Assembly (NCBI GenBank): GCA_963920595.1
Contig: OY986950.1
Location: forward strand, 2,356,001 to 2,420,000
DNA length: 64,000 bases
Direction of reading: 5' to 3'
Source of the DNA: Eimeria praecox
Taxonomy: Eukaryota
In this document: in pieces, positions 52,201-64,000 of the stretch
Position numbering within the stretch: the first letter of the stretch is position 1
How the letters are laid out: each line of letters opens with the position of its first letter
Made by a program: the position numbers and the translations under genes
Notes under the pieces: generated by a model
What the model saw: only the letters and a program-made list of their open reading frames with translations
The model's database searches: none
Told to the model about the DNA's origin: nothing

Positions 52201-55200
52201 TGCTAAAGTACAATACCCAAGCTTGCAGGAGCTGGTATGCGCCATGCTCACCTCATGATAACCCATGACAGCCTGCCGAAACGTTTCTGCAACACTGCCT
52301 ACTGCAGCCTTTTGCTCGGTTTCGGCCACAACGTCAGCCGAACAAAGGCAGAGAATGTCTGCGAATGGCTGGAAATGGTCGATGAGCGTTTGCAGAAATG
52401 GGATATGCAGTTCAATAAGCCTCAAAATATTTTGTTTGCTTGTCTGCACAAAAGATTACAAGTGAAGACTCATTCCATATCTAAGCATCAGGCTGTAGGC
52501 ATTTTTCCTCAGCAGTGAGGCACACCGATGCATGCACAGCAACCAGCCGTACCACCACATAGGATGGCCCTGCCAAGTGACAAAACTTCAGAGTGAAGCT
52601 AAAAGTAAGTATCCGCTGGGCTTAAGACAGATCCTAAGTTCAAGAAAAAAACTGTGGCTGGAACTCCACCTGCACTGAGGCTTCTTCCAAGCCAAGTGGG
52701 GCGGCAATGTGTTTTTGCTGGCTCTTGAATAGATGCGGAAGGACTATTGTTTCTGGCTGGGGTATGTCTCCCATCCTCGCTATCCTACAGAGGCACAAAG
52801 AAAAAAAGCGCTCAACCGAGGTGATCGGAATTGCAAAACCCCAAGCCCATTAATGTGCTTCCAAGTGCAAGCAAAACTTGCCCCCTATCGAAAAACTCGT
52901 CGGCAGCGTCTACAAACGCCTCTGGTTGAGGTGTCAACACAAATTGTGACCCATCAGGGGAGCGAGTAATCTCGACGAAAAAGAGGCCCTTCCATGAAAG
53001 CTTGCGCTCTAGGGACTTGACTCGCGACTCCTGGTAGATGTTTTGAACGTCAGTGAGAGATCTGATATTCACTGTTTCCGGCGTTGAAGACCGGAAAAGC
53101 TCCACCAAATCCTCTATCGAACGTGTTGCCATAACCCTGAGAACTTCACATGGGTGATGAAGCGTTTTAGTACAGCGCTGAATCAAAAAAGTGAATAGGG
53201 AAGGAGATTTGGCATATGCATGCAAGCGTTTGGGGGTCGGGTCGCTCACCGTAACGCATCCCTCATCAAAAGTCGGGTCAAGATGAGCATCCGCTTGATT
53301 TTGCCATACTCATATGTTTCTTTGTTGAACTCATATATATTGAACCACCCTTTTCCAACATGACGCAGGTTGGAGTCGATTATTTCATGCAGTTTAGAAG
53401 CCCATGCTTCTTGCAGATAGTATGTGACCTGTATCAAGAGGCAGAGTAGTTTCAGTGCAAACGGAAATTTGCAGCGCATATGGCCAAGGCTGTCAACGCT
53501 ATGGGGTTCCCAAGGGGCAAGTATAGAAACCATTGGCCGCAGTGGTGCGACAAACCTGGCTTATCGAGGCTCGCTGCATCTGGCGAAATTCATCAAGCTT
53601 TACTGCCTGAGGACAAAATGGATGTGGCGGGTGCCCTAGTGTTCGATTTTCGATGAAGACCAGTATAAAGCAAACCAGAAATGCACTAGGCGACCGCTTC
53701 GTACTTTTGGAAATGATGTATTAAAAATACGTTTTTCCAGAACGTCCACGCATTCTTCACGAATGCCGACCATGGCCCGTATGACTTCATGCTTCACGTA
53801 AAGGGAAGTAGAACAGAAGGAAGCAAACGCCTTCGAAAAGTCGTACGCTGGAACGGTGACCAAGGCGTGCCTGCAAGGAGATGAGGCAACAGCGCGGCGT
53901 CACGCAGCGCAGTGACATGCAAAGCTTATCTTCAGACATGAATTTACCTACGTCGCAAAGGCGTGCAGTTGTGGTCTTTCCCTCCGGGCGTCAAGCACAA
54001 GGAGCGAAAGTGCAATAGGTAGGCCTATATTCTTATCTTGGTGTCCGTATCCGAAAAGATGCTTTCCCGACTATTTTTCTCCTCACCACGACGGTGGCCT
54101 TGGCTTCGGCGCCGGAGGTAACTGTAAGTCCGTACGCAGTCGTTTGTCCTTATTTCGGTCAAGAAAGATGTCAAAAGCAATTTTGTTCATCGTCCTAGCG
54201 AAGTATGTGTTGACCTCTTTTAGCAAAGAATCCACGGTGGCCGTTTTGCATCGGCGTGTCCTAGGACAGCTCAAAGCCTTATCCATCACTCGCTTTTGCT
54301 GCACTTCATCTGCAGAAAGAAGCAACGAACAAACCCCCGTGCAGCTTACAGAACAGGCCACTGAGATGTATGAGTGAGCATGAATGCTGAAAGGCAACAA
54401 GCATAGCTAGCCGGCCGCAAACAGCACTAGCAGCACTTGCGGTGCAAACCCACCCAGTCCAGGGATGTCACTTGTGGGCATATTGTCTATGTAATAATTA
54501 TATTGGATAAGGCTCTCCGCAGCAGCCCTGTACGGCAGCCATCAAAAATAAAGATTAGCGTCTTTGGACCCTGCTGCTGCTGTTGCAGCATGCGATTAAT
54601 GCGTTCCACTGAACTTGCTCCACTGTAAAGTTGGCCGGATTCACGCAATCAATGAATTGGAAGCGAATCAGACGGATGCCGGTAGGGGTATGAACTTACC
54701 TTGATTTATGTGCTGCTTGCAGCCTGTCAGCAAACTTGACTGGATCCTCGCTCTGCAAAATATACAACTGACCGGGGTTCGCTGGTTACAAAGTCCGCTG
54801 CGCAGTATATGCCTTGTGTTCGAGCTAGCCTGGGCAGAGAGAAATTCTATTACCTTGAATAGCAGTTCAATCCTCAGAAGCTCGGCCTTTTCTTTGAGGT
54901 CGCACCACTGAACGTGAAACTTGCTAGAGACCTCATCATACGCATAGACACGGCAAGCTTCCCATTTGCAGTCTCCCGCGCCATCCCGCCGAAGGCCCTA
55001 GCGCCACAGTCGAAGGCAGAGCTTGATTACAAAAGCCATTCGAACAGTGATGATGCGAGGGCACAAACTGCATTGTTGATCACTAGAAGTCTCAACAGAC
55101 AGGCAGGATTGCGTGGTCTTCCAGACATATATTTGTAACAACTTCTTTCTGATACATTAGCTTCCCACCTTTCCAGGCAAAGGCAGGAACGATCCGTCGG

Positions 55201-55846
55201 GACTTTTGCAAAGAGCCATCCACTCTTGCGGTGAACGGTCGTCAAAAGTTGTATCATCGAATGGCTCAAGTGGAAGCCTAACGTTGGTTGAAATCGCAGC
55301 CACCGGCATCTCTTTAACAAAGCATGCACGCCAACTCAGTATTTCTTGCATCTGAGCGAAGTGGTTTGATGAGATGTAGCTCCTCGCAAGTGAATTAACT
55401 AAAAGAGAATGGTGCACGTCATTCATACTGTGAGCCATACGCTTCGCAACACATTTGCTCGTCTTTTACTATGCTAACCAGCTTTTTGCTTCAAAAGATG
55501 GGTCCCTGTAGTTGATTCCTCGCTCTACAAGTAACTGTTCTATGTCATATGCTTCGTATGCCCTGCGCCTTCTTTCCACTGTGACCCTCCGAGGGGCGCT
55601 CGTTGGTGCATGGAACTTAGCCGCTATTACTTTCGGTTCTACTGGAGCAACGTCAAAAACTGGGGGCTCCACAAGGCCTATATGCAAACAGTCAGAATTT
55701 ATGGAATGGAACTGTGCAGAAAACCTGATTTGTGCGGGTCCGAAACTGCAGTGTTGGGGCAGAGGAAACAGCAGCGATGCTAATGCACAGCCCGCTCCGT
55801 TTGACAAAGCGGATTTCGTTAGGCTTGGCAAAAGGTATGTATGCAC
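34296..55846 (-). CDS. DNAH1: Axonemal inner-arm dynein heavy chain, DNAH1-like (many exons; 5' end uncertain, may extend to about 56.5 kb)
   Basis: AAA1 [65 protein letters not shown]2 [25 protein letters not shown]3 [11 protein letters not shown]4 GVRGSGRQS. Stalk/MTBD, AAA5 LMIDPQ/GQAN, AAA6 [18 protein letters not shown], and C-terminal [24 protein letters not shown]-terminal [19 protein letters not shown] and [19 protein letters not shown] are characteristic of the DNAH1 class (from recall). Confidence 0.95.
50332..50837. repeat. Direct repeat pair, about 97 bp: 50332-50428 (coding exon) and 50742-50837 (intron)
   Basis: Two copies 410 bp apart differing by two substitutions and one C in a C-run. 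Confidence 0.95.
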
Positions 55847-58481
55847 TCAGGAGCACCTATCTTAACAACAATACACTTGCTTTCGTTAAACCAACTGCAG
55901 AAATCGTGGTTATGAAGCAAACCTTTAAATTGCGTTTCTGCGGACTGAAATGTCCTGGCAGGAATTGGAGAGACGAAGCAGGCCTCCTGTTCCCGGGCTC
56001 CTTGCGGGGGCCCCCAAGACGCTTGCTGCAGCATTTCTCAGGCAGGACACGTATCAGATTTAACTGGACCCTCCCGAGATAGGCTCTTCAATCTGGATAT
56101 ACAGTTTCAGTGAGCAGCGTGTATAGGCTCGCTCCCTAAAAGTATATTCAAGTAAGATGAACCTCAACAAAGCCTACCCTGAAGACGGCTCAGCAAGTGC
56201 ATCGGACAACTTATCCAGCAACAGTGTTAAAGAAGAGGGGCTTGTGCGTGTTCACAATTCATAAGTAAAGGGTCTAGCTTCTCACTCGTATGTCATCAGA
56301 TTGTTGATGTCTAAGAACCTCCGAGTAAACTCCACGTTCCATGTACTTTGGAGTTTCCTTTTCTCTGTTAGCCCCGTGAGCGCTCGATCGATAAGCACCA
56401 CGAGGGCAAGAGTGGCCTGGAGAGTCAGCCATCTTCCGTCTACGCAAGCTCTTGTAGGAGCACCTTTTACGTGCAGACACACTACCCCTTGGGGGTTATC
56501 CCCACTCAGCTCGTGGCTCTCCGCTTCCTTCAATGTTTTAGGCGTTGATAAATCAGCAACGCTTTCTTCATATTTCCTTGCAAGGATTTTCCAGGCTCAA
56601 CTGCATTCTGGGGATGCAGGGCCTTCTTGGTGGCACCAACTACTAAAAGGATGGCTAAACCACAATGCGAGGCACCACTGTTGAGCTAAGGGGACCATTA
56701 CATTCGCTAGGTGACATACGTGTTGGGCAATTAGCAAACGAGCGTTGCGCTTTTGTCAAACTTCCGGGAATCGACCCCTCAAGACAAGATGAGCACTGAT
56801 TTCAGGCTGCCGCCATATGAGGGGGTGTCGTAGTGCCCTGATATGCGGACCCCGAGAACTAAAAGATGGCAGCTGAAAGGTTGAATTACTAAGCTTCAGG
56901 TAGTTTGTGTTGATGCAATTCAAGGATACGAGCTCCTGAAATACTACGGCCAGTTGTCCCCGCCGTGGACGTCTGCCGCTGCGTGGCTGGAGAAGATACT
57001 GCGGAGATTGGTGACCTTGACATTCAGAATTTACAGGCTACAGGGCGCTTGTCAAGCTTGGGACTGGAGTACTGTGTGGGTCACCTTGAATGCAGCAACG
57101 GCTCGTTGCCCACTGCAGCTGATTGAGCAACAGCTTGCCGGTGATCCGGCCTGCACGAGACTACTAGGAAATTGTGGCTCCAGGCTGGCTACTGCTTTGC
57201 CTGAACATGCAAATGCAACCCTTTTATCATTTCGAGCTGTGGAGTGAGAACACTGCGCAGGTGACCTGGGGCTCTGGAACTGGCCTGGAAGTTCCCCCTT
57301 CATCACTACAGCAACAGCATTCGGAGGATAACTGCTGCAAAGAATGATCCGAATCAGCTATCCTAACTGTAGCAATTTACTCCGCAGCTGGTGTGCGCAC
57401 TCATCGAATGAGAAACGAGGACTTGTGTTGCTACTGACACGGGGGCTGGCTTGCCGTGTCCGGACAGCCCGTCGTATCACGCCTGCTTGGCTGATATGTG
57501 CAACCTCGTCTCGCGACTTCCTGACGTGTGTAAGAGAAATATGATTTATTATAACTCGACACATGGCATCATGCTGATGAATGGACGTATTGCACAGCGG
57601 CTAACGACAACAGCTACAAGATGCGCAACACAATGCAAGCAATGCGGCAGCACTTCGCATTTAGGGTCTTATACTCCCCACAAGTAACGAACATGCCTAC
57701 CGCACAGTTTGCAAAACTCTTTTCATATTTATGCGTAGTAAGATAAATGCAAAGCGTTGCCGCGTGCCCGGGCCAAGGCTTATTAGGGAGGGTGGCGGTT
57801 GACAATCGTGGAAGTTTCACGCACGTGGTGAATTCAGCGTTCGCGCAGCCACCGTATGCTAGTCAGGTTATTGATCCGCGTACAGAATAGTGCTTAAATC
57901 ATTTGAACACACCTCCACACCTCTCTGCAACTTACCATATGCAATTCGGAGTTCGAAAACTGCCGGAAAGGCTGACCACCAGTAGCATAAGGGGAGTAGA
58001 GGAGCGAGGAGAATGGTTGTTTCGTAGTATTATTAGAAGAATTAGTTTATTTGTGCTTTCGCACTCAAAAGCGGTGCAACAACGGTGAGCATGAACCCGC
58101 TGTACCGCTGGCGCATCAAGTGTGCTTACCTCACCGTACCCACTTCTGCTCTATGGCTCTGCGGATGCAAGGAGGATCCAGCAGTAATGTAAGCAGGTAG
58201 CGTGGATGCGTTAAGCCATATTCCCGGAGTTAAAAAGCCCCAGGTGGAGTGCACACGCTACTGACCCTCTATCTTTTTGCTTCCGCATGAACAGCTACAT
58301 ATCTAGAATGCTGTTATGGCAAGAGATCATCTTGGTACAAGCATAAAGTGAAATGCCCCCAAAGGAGGCAGGCACAGTGCCGTAGACGTAGGTGGCTGCT
58401 GCACTATAATATAGGTACCAGAAGCTCTTGTCTGGGTGGTTCCTACAACAACAGACCACATGCTAGCTATCTTTGGATAGA

Positions 58482-61400
58482 TCATATGCTCCTATTTATT
58501 TGGCAGGTCAAGAAGTATCTAGCTATTATCACCCAACGACTGCTTTCCATCAGTTGTCTCCCTAGAGAATCTGCCGAATTACATAGTGATTCTTCTATAG
58601 CTTTGCAATCTGCCTGCTCTGCAGTAGAGCAAATAGCAATGAGAAGCCCGGGCAAAAGCAATACCCCAGATCCCTTGCGCGGCGGCATGAAGATGAGCTT
58701 GCTTCCTGCTGGATTCCAGTAGCAGTAGCAGCTTGAGTCAGGGGTACTGAAAGCTGCTGGCGATGCTCTCCGGAGCAAACAGCCACCCTCAGAACCTGCC
58801 CCAGCTGCAACATCTCCCCCACTTGCATCAGGTAGGCACCTACCTCAGCGCCTTAACCAGTAGAGAACAACGCTGCCTGATTGAGGAGGCTAGGCGAGTA
58901 TTCCAGCATCGTTCTTTCTTGATTGTCTGCAGGAGTTTCGAAGTCTTCAGGTGCAACTTCTGCCAGCCTAATGGCCCCCCCACCTGGGGAATAGCCTATC
59001 AAGCTTTTAAATGCTTTAGAGTCTTCCCACTGGGTAGTCACAGTAGCCATCAAAGTCTTGAAAACTTCATCTGAATTATTGTGGAAGAGCAGCAATGCAC
59101 ACTGGCAGCTTGATGCTTGAGTACGGCAACCCATAAGTGTACCATGTGCAGGGTATCTCCTTCGATGAATGACGTACCGAAAATGTCAGCGGCAGGATCT
59201 GTAGCGAATCCGTAAGTAGCAGATGCAAGCTTCTCTCCAAGCCTATGCTTATTAATTCGGGCCAAAATGTTGTCTCCTTCCATATGCATAAGATACCAAG
59301 AACGGAGCGTTATTTCTCGTGAAGCACCAAAGCAGTCCTTGAGTCGCTGGCTGATCCGAAGTGCGGCAAATAGCCCTGCTAAAGGGTGAGGAGGGCGAGG
59401 GCGGCGAGGCAAGCTGGCGCCTAGCTTAAGAATGTGCTGCACGAAGTAGTCTGCACGGACGGCACTGACTCCTACAGTGTTTGCTATTCCACCGTAAAGG
59501 GAGCGAGCCCCCCTTCCTGCGCCTTTAATGCCAGCCGGCTTTGAAGCCACTTGTGCTCCAGCATTTACTGAGGCCACAACACGAGCAGAGACGCACAAAA
59601 ATCTACTGTTTTAATCTTGCTGCTGGCTTGTGGGGCTATATGCCTCCTGAGGTGAAGTGCAGGGCATGAACTGGCCGCAATGGCCAAATCCTTAGCCAAA
59701 TGCCTACTCAGACTTAGACACGTCTTCATTGCTCCACCTGAACAGACATAAAGCAAAACACGATCCGCTCAGGACATCTGAACTATATGCTCTTCTAGAA
59801 GAGGCCAGACGAATTAGCAGTATGTGATGAAGCAGCCTGCAACATTCCAATGTATCTCTCGAAAACATACTAGAGAAGTGTCGATTCAGTGCTCGTTTCC
59901 TCCTGTTGTATGTCCGCTCATCCTCTACACCGTTTTCATCAATACTAGGAAGAGTGTAGTTTCCACGATTTTTGAGTCTCTCCATCAGCACGGAATGGGC
60001 AAGGCGGCCATTCGGATGCTCGAATCCAGCCTCTACTTGTTGCTGCTGCCACGTCGTAGCAAAGATGCCTACTGAGGTGCAGAGGGCTGCAGCTTCTGTG
60101 GTCAGAGTTTTGCTATTTGCTTTGACATGTTCGGCAATCACAGCAGGAAGTAGAAGCGCAAGTCTGAAGACGAGATCATCTGTTGATTTCACTACGTCGA
60201 TGTAGCAACGACCAAGCACAGCTGATCGTACGCACTTGCATTTACCTGAGCAAAAAATATCACGCCGTGCATGCACAGCATTTGCAGAGCAACAAGCCTC
60301 CGAGGTGGACAAGAGACGCTCTCCATTGACGCATATCTACGGCATTTCCTTTTGCTCCGCTAGCAACACATGCTGCGAGGTTAAAAGTAGCGCATCTTAC
60401 TTGAGGACGGAAGGAAGAGGGGCACCTTACTATGCGGACCTGAAACAACCGTTACAGCGAAGTCTAGCACAAGGATAATTCGTTTCTGATGGTCAAAATG
60501 TACATCTGCCGGAGGGCTAAACACAAGGTGGCTCATTTGTTTGGCTACTTACCGTGCACCTTGTCAATAACTGCTTTTATTTGGCCCCATGTCGCAGTGT
60601 CGGAGACCGGCTCTCCGATGTCTTCTATCCATTTCTGCAGGGGCCCTTGACGGGCTCTTACTTCTGACTCAAGAGACATCAAACAACACACCACAACGGC
60701 GGACATTAGAAAACTGCTGGGATCAAGTTAAGGGCGGAGTGCAAAGTAAATGCCCCCTCTCTCCCGTAGTTTTCCGAGCTTACCACGCAGAGCCAGAACA
60801 AAGGCCTCTGCTTCCTCCGCATTGGTAGGTAGGCGAGTGGAGGTCCATCCGAGCTTTTTGCAGACCTTGCCATAGATGTCTGGACTGTTATAGCTGATTC
60901 TTTGGGTAAATGGCAACACTCCTTCAGCGACGTGTCTCTCCAGTACTAAGTATGCACAGCCATAGCAGCACTCTATGAAAAATGCCACACTCTTGAGAGG
61001 GAAGATAAAGGACGCCGTCCTAAGCGCACGTCAGCTGCCCTAGGATTCATGTAAATTCAAGGTAGCTTACTGGTTCGAGACACGTCGGAAGAAACAGCGT
61101 TCCAATGCTGGTCAAATAGGTTAAGGATAGCTCCGGGAACCAGAACTGCACCTGAAATGGCAAATGGCGATGCTCTAAGCAGCCGAGGTTTGAGCTTGGG
61201 CTGCTGATTCTATTACATGGTGGTCAGTTAATTGCTAATAGCTGTTAATAAGAGTCCCGTAAGAAACGTAAGCGTTTCAAGACATAACTATTGACAGAAC
61301 TCACTCGTTGCTGCGTCAACAAAACTTCGGGCCTCCAAAACGGTTCCCGGCAGCTTGTTTTGGGGCCACCCCAGTGTGAGTACAATAGTTGAGTACTTCT

Positions 61401-64000
61401 GTGGTTGTTGCTGTAGCAGCCTTTGCGCATACTCCCGCACCTCACGAACAATTTCCGCATCCCTTTCTGACGAGAACGAAAAGCAGCAAAACAATTTTAC
61501 GCAGCAGCAAAAAATAGCCATTAGGAAGCGTTGGTGCTATTGAACGGCAGTCAGCTGTGCATAATAAATTCACTGGCGCTGTTTCATCGCTTAAGCTAAA
61601 ATTACCTTCGGAGTTACCGGTCTCGGATGCGTCCCCCTGATGGCTTGTGTTTGAGTCTTTCAATATATCTTCAAGCAGCTTTAAACCCCATTTAAAATTG
61701 TGCCAAAGGCTGACGTAGAATGCTGAGCCCTTGAATGGCTTGTGACCCTTTGCAGCAACAGCGGCATCAATTCCGGAATTAACAGCAGCCACTTGATTCC
61801 TTGCCTCATCGCGGAATAGATAATCTACAGCAGGGCGAGTCTTATTGTTCCTTGATACACCTAGGACTGGGACAGATGCACAGCGGGCAGGGAGGTTGCA
61901 AACAGCACTGTCTCTTTGAACCAAAGGTGTTCGTTCAAAGCTGCCTTGTTCGGTAAGGAAAACGTATGAAAATGCACGAACACACCACCCATAATCATGC
62001 ATCAGGACGGCCACGCGACTTACGGTTGGTCAGTAGCTGGCTCAGATATGGGGCAGCTGAGAGAACAAAAGGCTTGTCGCCTAAATCTGCTGTCTCAAGC
62101 TCATCTTCAATGCTTCCCACGAGAACTGCAGCACAGGCAAGCAGGTTTGTAGCTGCATTGGCTTTGCAGGAAAGTGGATTAGCTCTGCATTGAATTTGTG
62201 GCGGCAAAGTCATCAGTATTGAGCTCCCCTACTCAAAGCAGCGTACGTAAACAGCACATCAACATCGCATACCTGGAAATAATAGGGAACGGGCGTATTC
62301 ATAGATGCTGCTTCGCCCATCTTCTCTAAACTCTGGGAGACGCTGCAAAGCAAGCATTTCTCCGTCTCCGTCCATGCACGATGTGATAGCGTCCTCCACT
62401 CGAACTAGGAAAATAATTTGGAACAACACAATGCGCAGAGCAAAAGCAAGGAGAAATGGTTTTGACAGCAGTCGCTGCTACATCCATCCAGTAAATGACT
62501 GCGACCCTGCAAAGTGGAACAGCAGCAAATAAGGACTATCCAGTAAGTTATAAACTGTAAGTCACCATTGCAACCCTCAATAACAGCATCTCTGAACACC
62601 GCGTCGTTCATTAGGGAGGTGAGTTCTTCCACCGGAACTGTCTGCACGATATTCTTGACGTAGTTGTCCAGTCCAGGGCACTGTGAAGAGTTGTTCCTTT
62701 CCCTTAGCATTATACCGCTGATGTGTGCATTCAGGCAAGTAGTTGCATAGGCCGTCAGCTGAGGAAGATGCCTTCGGTTAGGGGATCCCCTGGTCACTGC
62801 AAACGGCGAACGCGCAACATCATGCTCTACTCAAGCAATACAGCCAGCGTTGGAATTTTAGAATCATGAACGCTAGGGCGTTCCGTTGTTGGGGTGGTGC
62901 CGAGATGGCATTTGAGCTTCTGGAAGGCGAAACAACTTTTAAAATCGAGCTCCAAGGAGCATGTGACACACAGGAGCTCCAGTATCAGCTTTTAACGCTG
63001 TGTATGGAAGCAATGATGCTGGAGCTTACACATCTCCGTGTGAAAGTCCATCTCGACTCCTAGAAGAGCTAAACCCATGGACGTTTCCGCTGAAAGAGAT
63101 AGCACGAAGCCGAATAACGTAGGTGCCCATCCCCTGGAGCGCATAGCCCCCTTCATTTAACCGAAGCCTTTGATAAGTCTCCGAAGAAAGCGAATTGCTG
63201 TGGAAGGCTATGCAATTCTGTCCAAATAACAGTGCAGTGAGACTTACCGAAAGCAAGAAAATCTTGCCCCCTGAATTCAGCCCAGGAAAGAGAGTCGGGC
63301 ATTGTTTCATTGTTAATGCTCAGCCCTGAAAACGCGGCAGCGCAACATAACATGGCAGCGTGAATAAGGGTGGCCATACTCATTGCCGGAGCCACACTTT
63401 GCTCTTTGCCTCAAGGCAATAGTGAGGAATAAATATCTGCAGTGACTAGCTTACCTTGGATCTGTACGTACACAAAGTCCCTGAACGCCACTGCTCTGCA
63501 GAAATTGCATCCAGCTTTGCCACCTGCGCAGCTGCTGCAATGGCCGCTGTCAAGGATCTTGAGAAGAGTGTGGACAGCTGTCCCGTAAAACGTTATGCGG
63601 TTAGCCAGGGCCCGGTGGAGGGCTGTGGTGTCTTCCACCATCAGAGACAAGGCAATATGCACCTGCTGAATCAGTCCTCCACTTGTGGGAGAGTCCAGCA
63701 TGTTTATTGGAAGCCTCAGGATCACAGAGAATTGCCCACTCCCTGCACCGTCGAAACAAAGCACGCCAATTAGTCTTTCTACCCAGATAGCTAGCACAAA
63801 TGCTTTCCGGCTAGGCATTGTTAAATTCAGTTTGGTGGGACGTCAATGTTTTGCTTTTTGTTTCGCTAGGTGGAACTCACTATCGGCATATGTCCACTTC
63901 ACGATGACGTTTTTCGGTCTTCCTCCTGGAATCACTCACTCACTCAGAACCTATGTATTTTTGCAGTTTCTGCTGGAAGTGTGCATCATATAGTGAATTG
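58482..64000 (-). CDS. Large multi-exon protein, 5' end outside the window; tentatively rhoptry neck protein RON5-like
   Basis: A chain of minus-strand coding exons with GT-AG borders. Segments LPINMLDS..RITFYGT..ILDSGHC, CPGLDNYVKNIVQTVPVEE..IEGC, LSCKANAATNLLAC and KGSAFYVSLW resemble my recollection of apicomplexan RON5. Gene existence is fairly secure; the family call and 3' end are not. Confidence 0.5.

Noticed and set aside
34296..56684. Many plus-strand ORFs overlapping the dynein gene (likewise over cullin and the 58-64 kb gene)
   Set aside because: Antisense shadows of minus-strand exons with no independent motifs.
56954..57820. Short ORFs between the dynein 5' region and the RON5-like gene
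   Set aside because: No domain or clear exon chain; may be UTR or unassigned 5' exons.
1..64000. CRISPR arrays, prokaryotic operons or defence systems, rRNA
   Set aside because: The sequence is eukaryotic and spliced; no regularly spaced repeats or rRNA motifs were seen.

Overview
Eukaryotic, intron-rich genomic DNA of roughly balanced GC that looks like a coccidian apicomplexan (Eimeria/Cyclospora-like). This is inferred from short GT-AG introns, recurring TGCATGCA motifs, chromovirus-type retroelement debris and a probable rhoptry-neck gene. All recognisable host genes are on the minus strand: a small multi-pass membrane protein (4.5-5.4 kb), a signal-peptide-bearing calnexin/calreticulin-family gene lacking the P-domain arm (13.4-16.8 kb), a very divergent cullin (23.7-30.9 kb), a DNAH1-like axonemal inner-arm dynein heavy chain (34.3 to about 56 kb) and a 5'-truncated, tentatively RON5-like gene (58.5-64 kb). 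Most intergenic space (about 6.4-13, 17.4-22.2 and 32-33 kb) holds heavily decayed Ty3/gypsy LTR-retrotransposon fragments with chromodomains, including an apparent nested, opposite-orientation insertion with a hairpin at one junction. Other oddities are a near-identical 96-bp copy of a dynein exon inside an upstream intron, perfect palindromes up to 26 bp and a (TA)n microsatellite. All homology calls come from motif recognition by eye; no searches were run.
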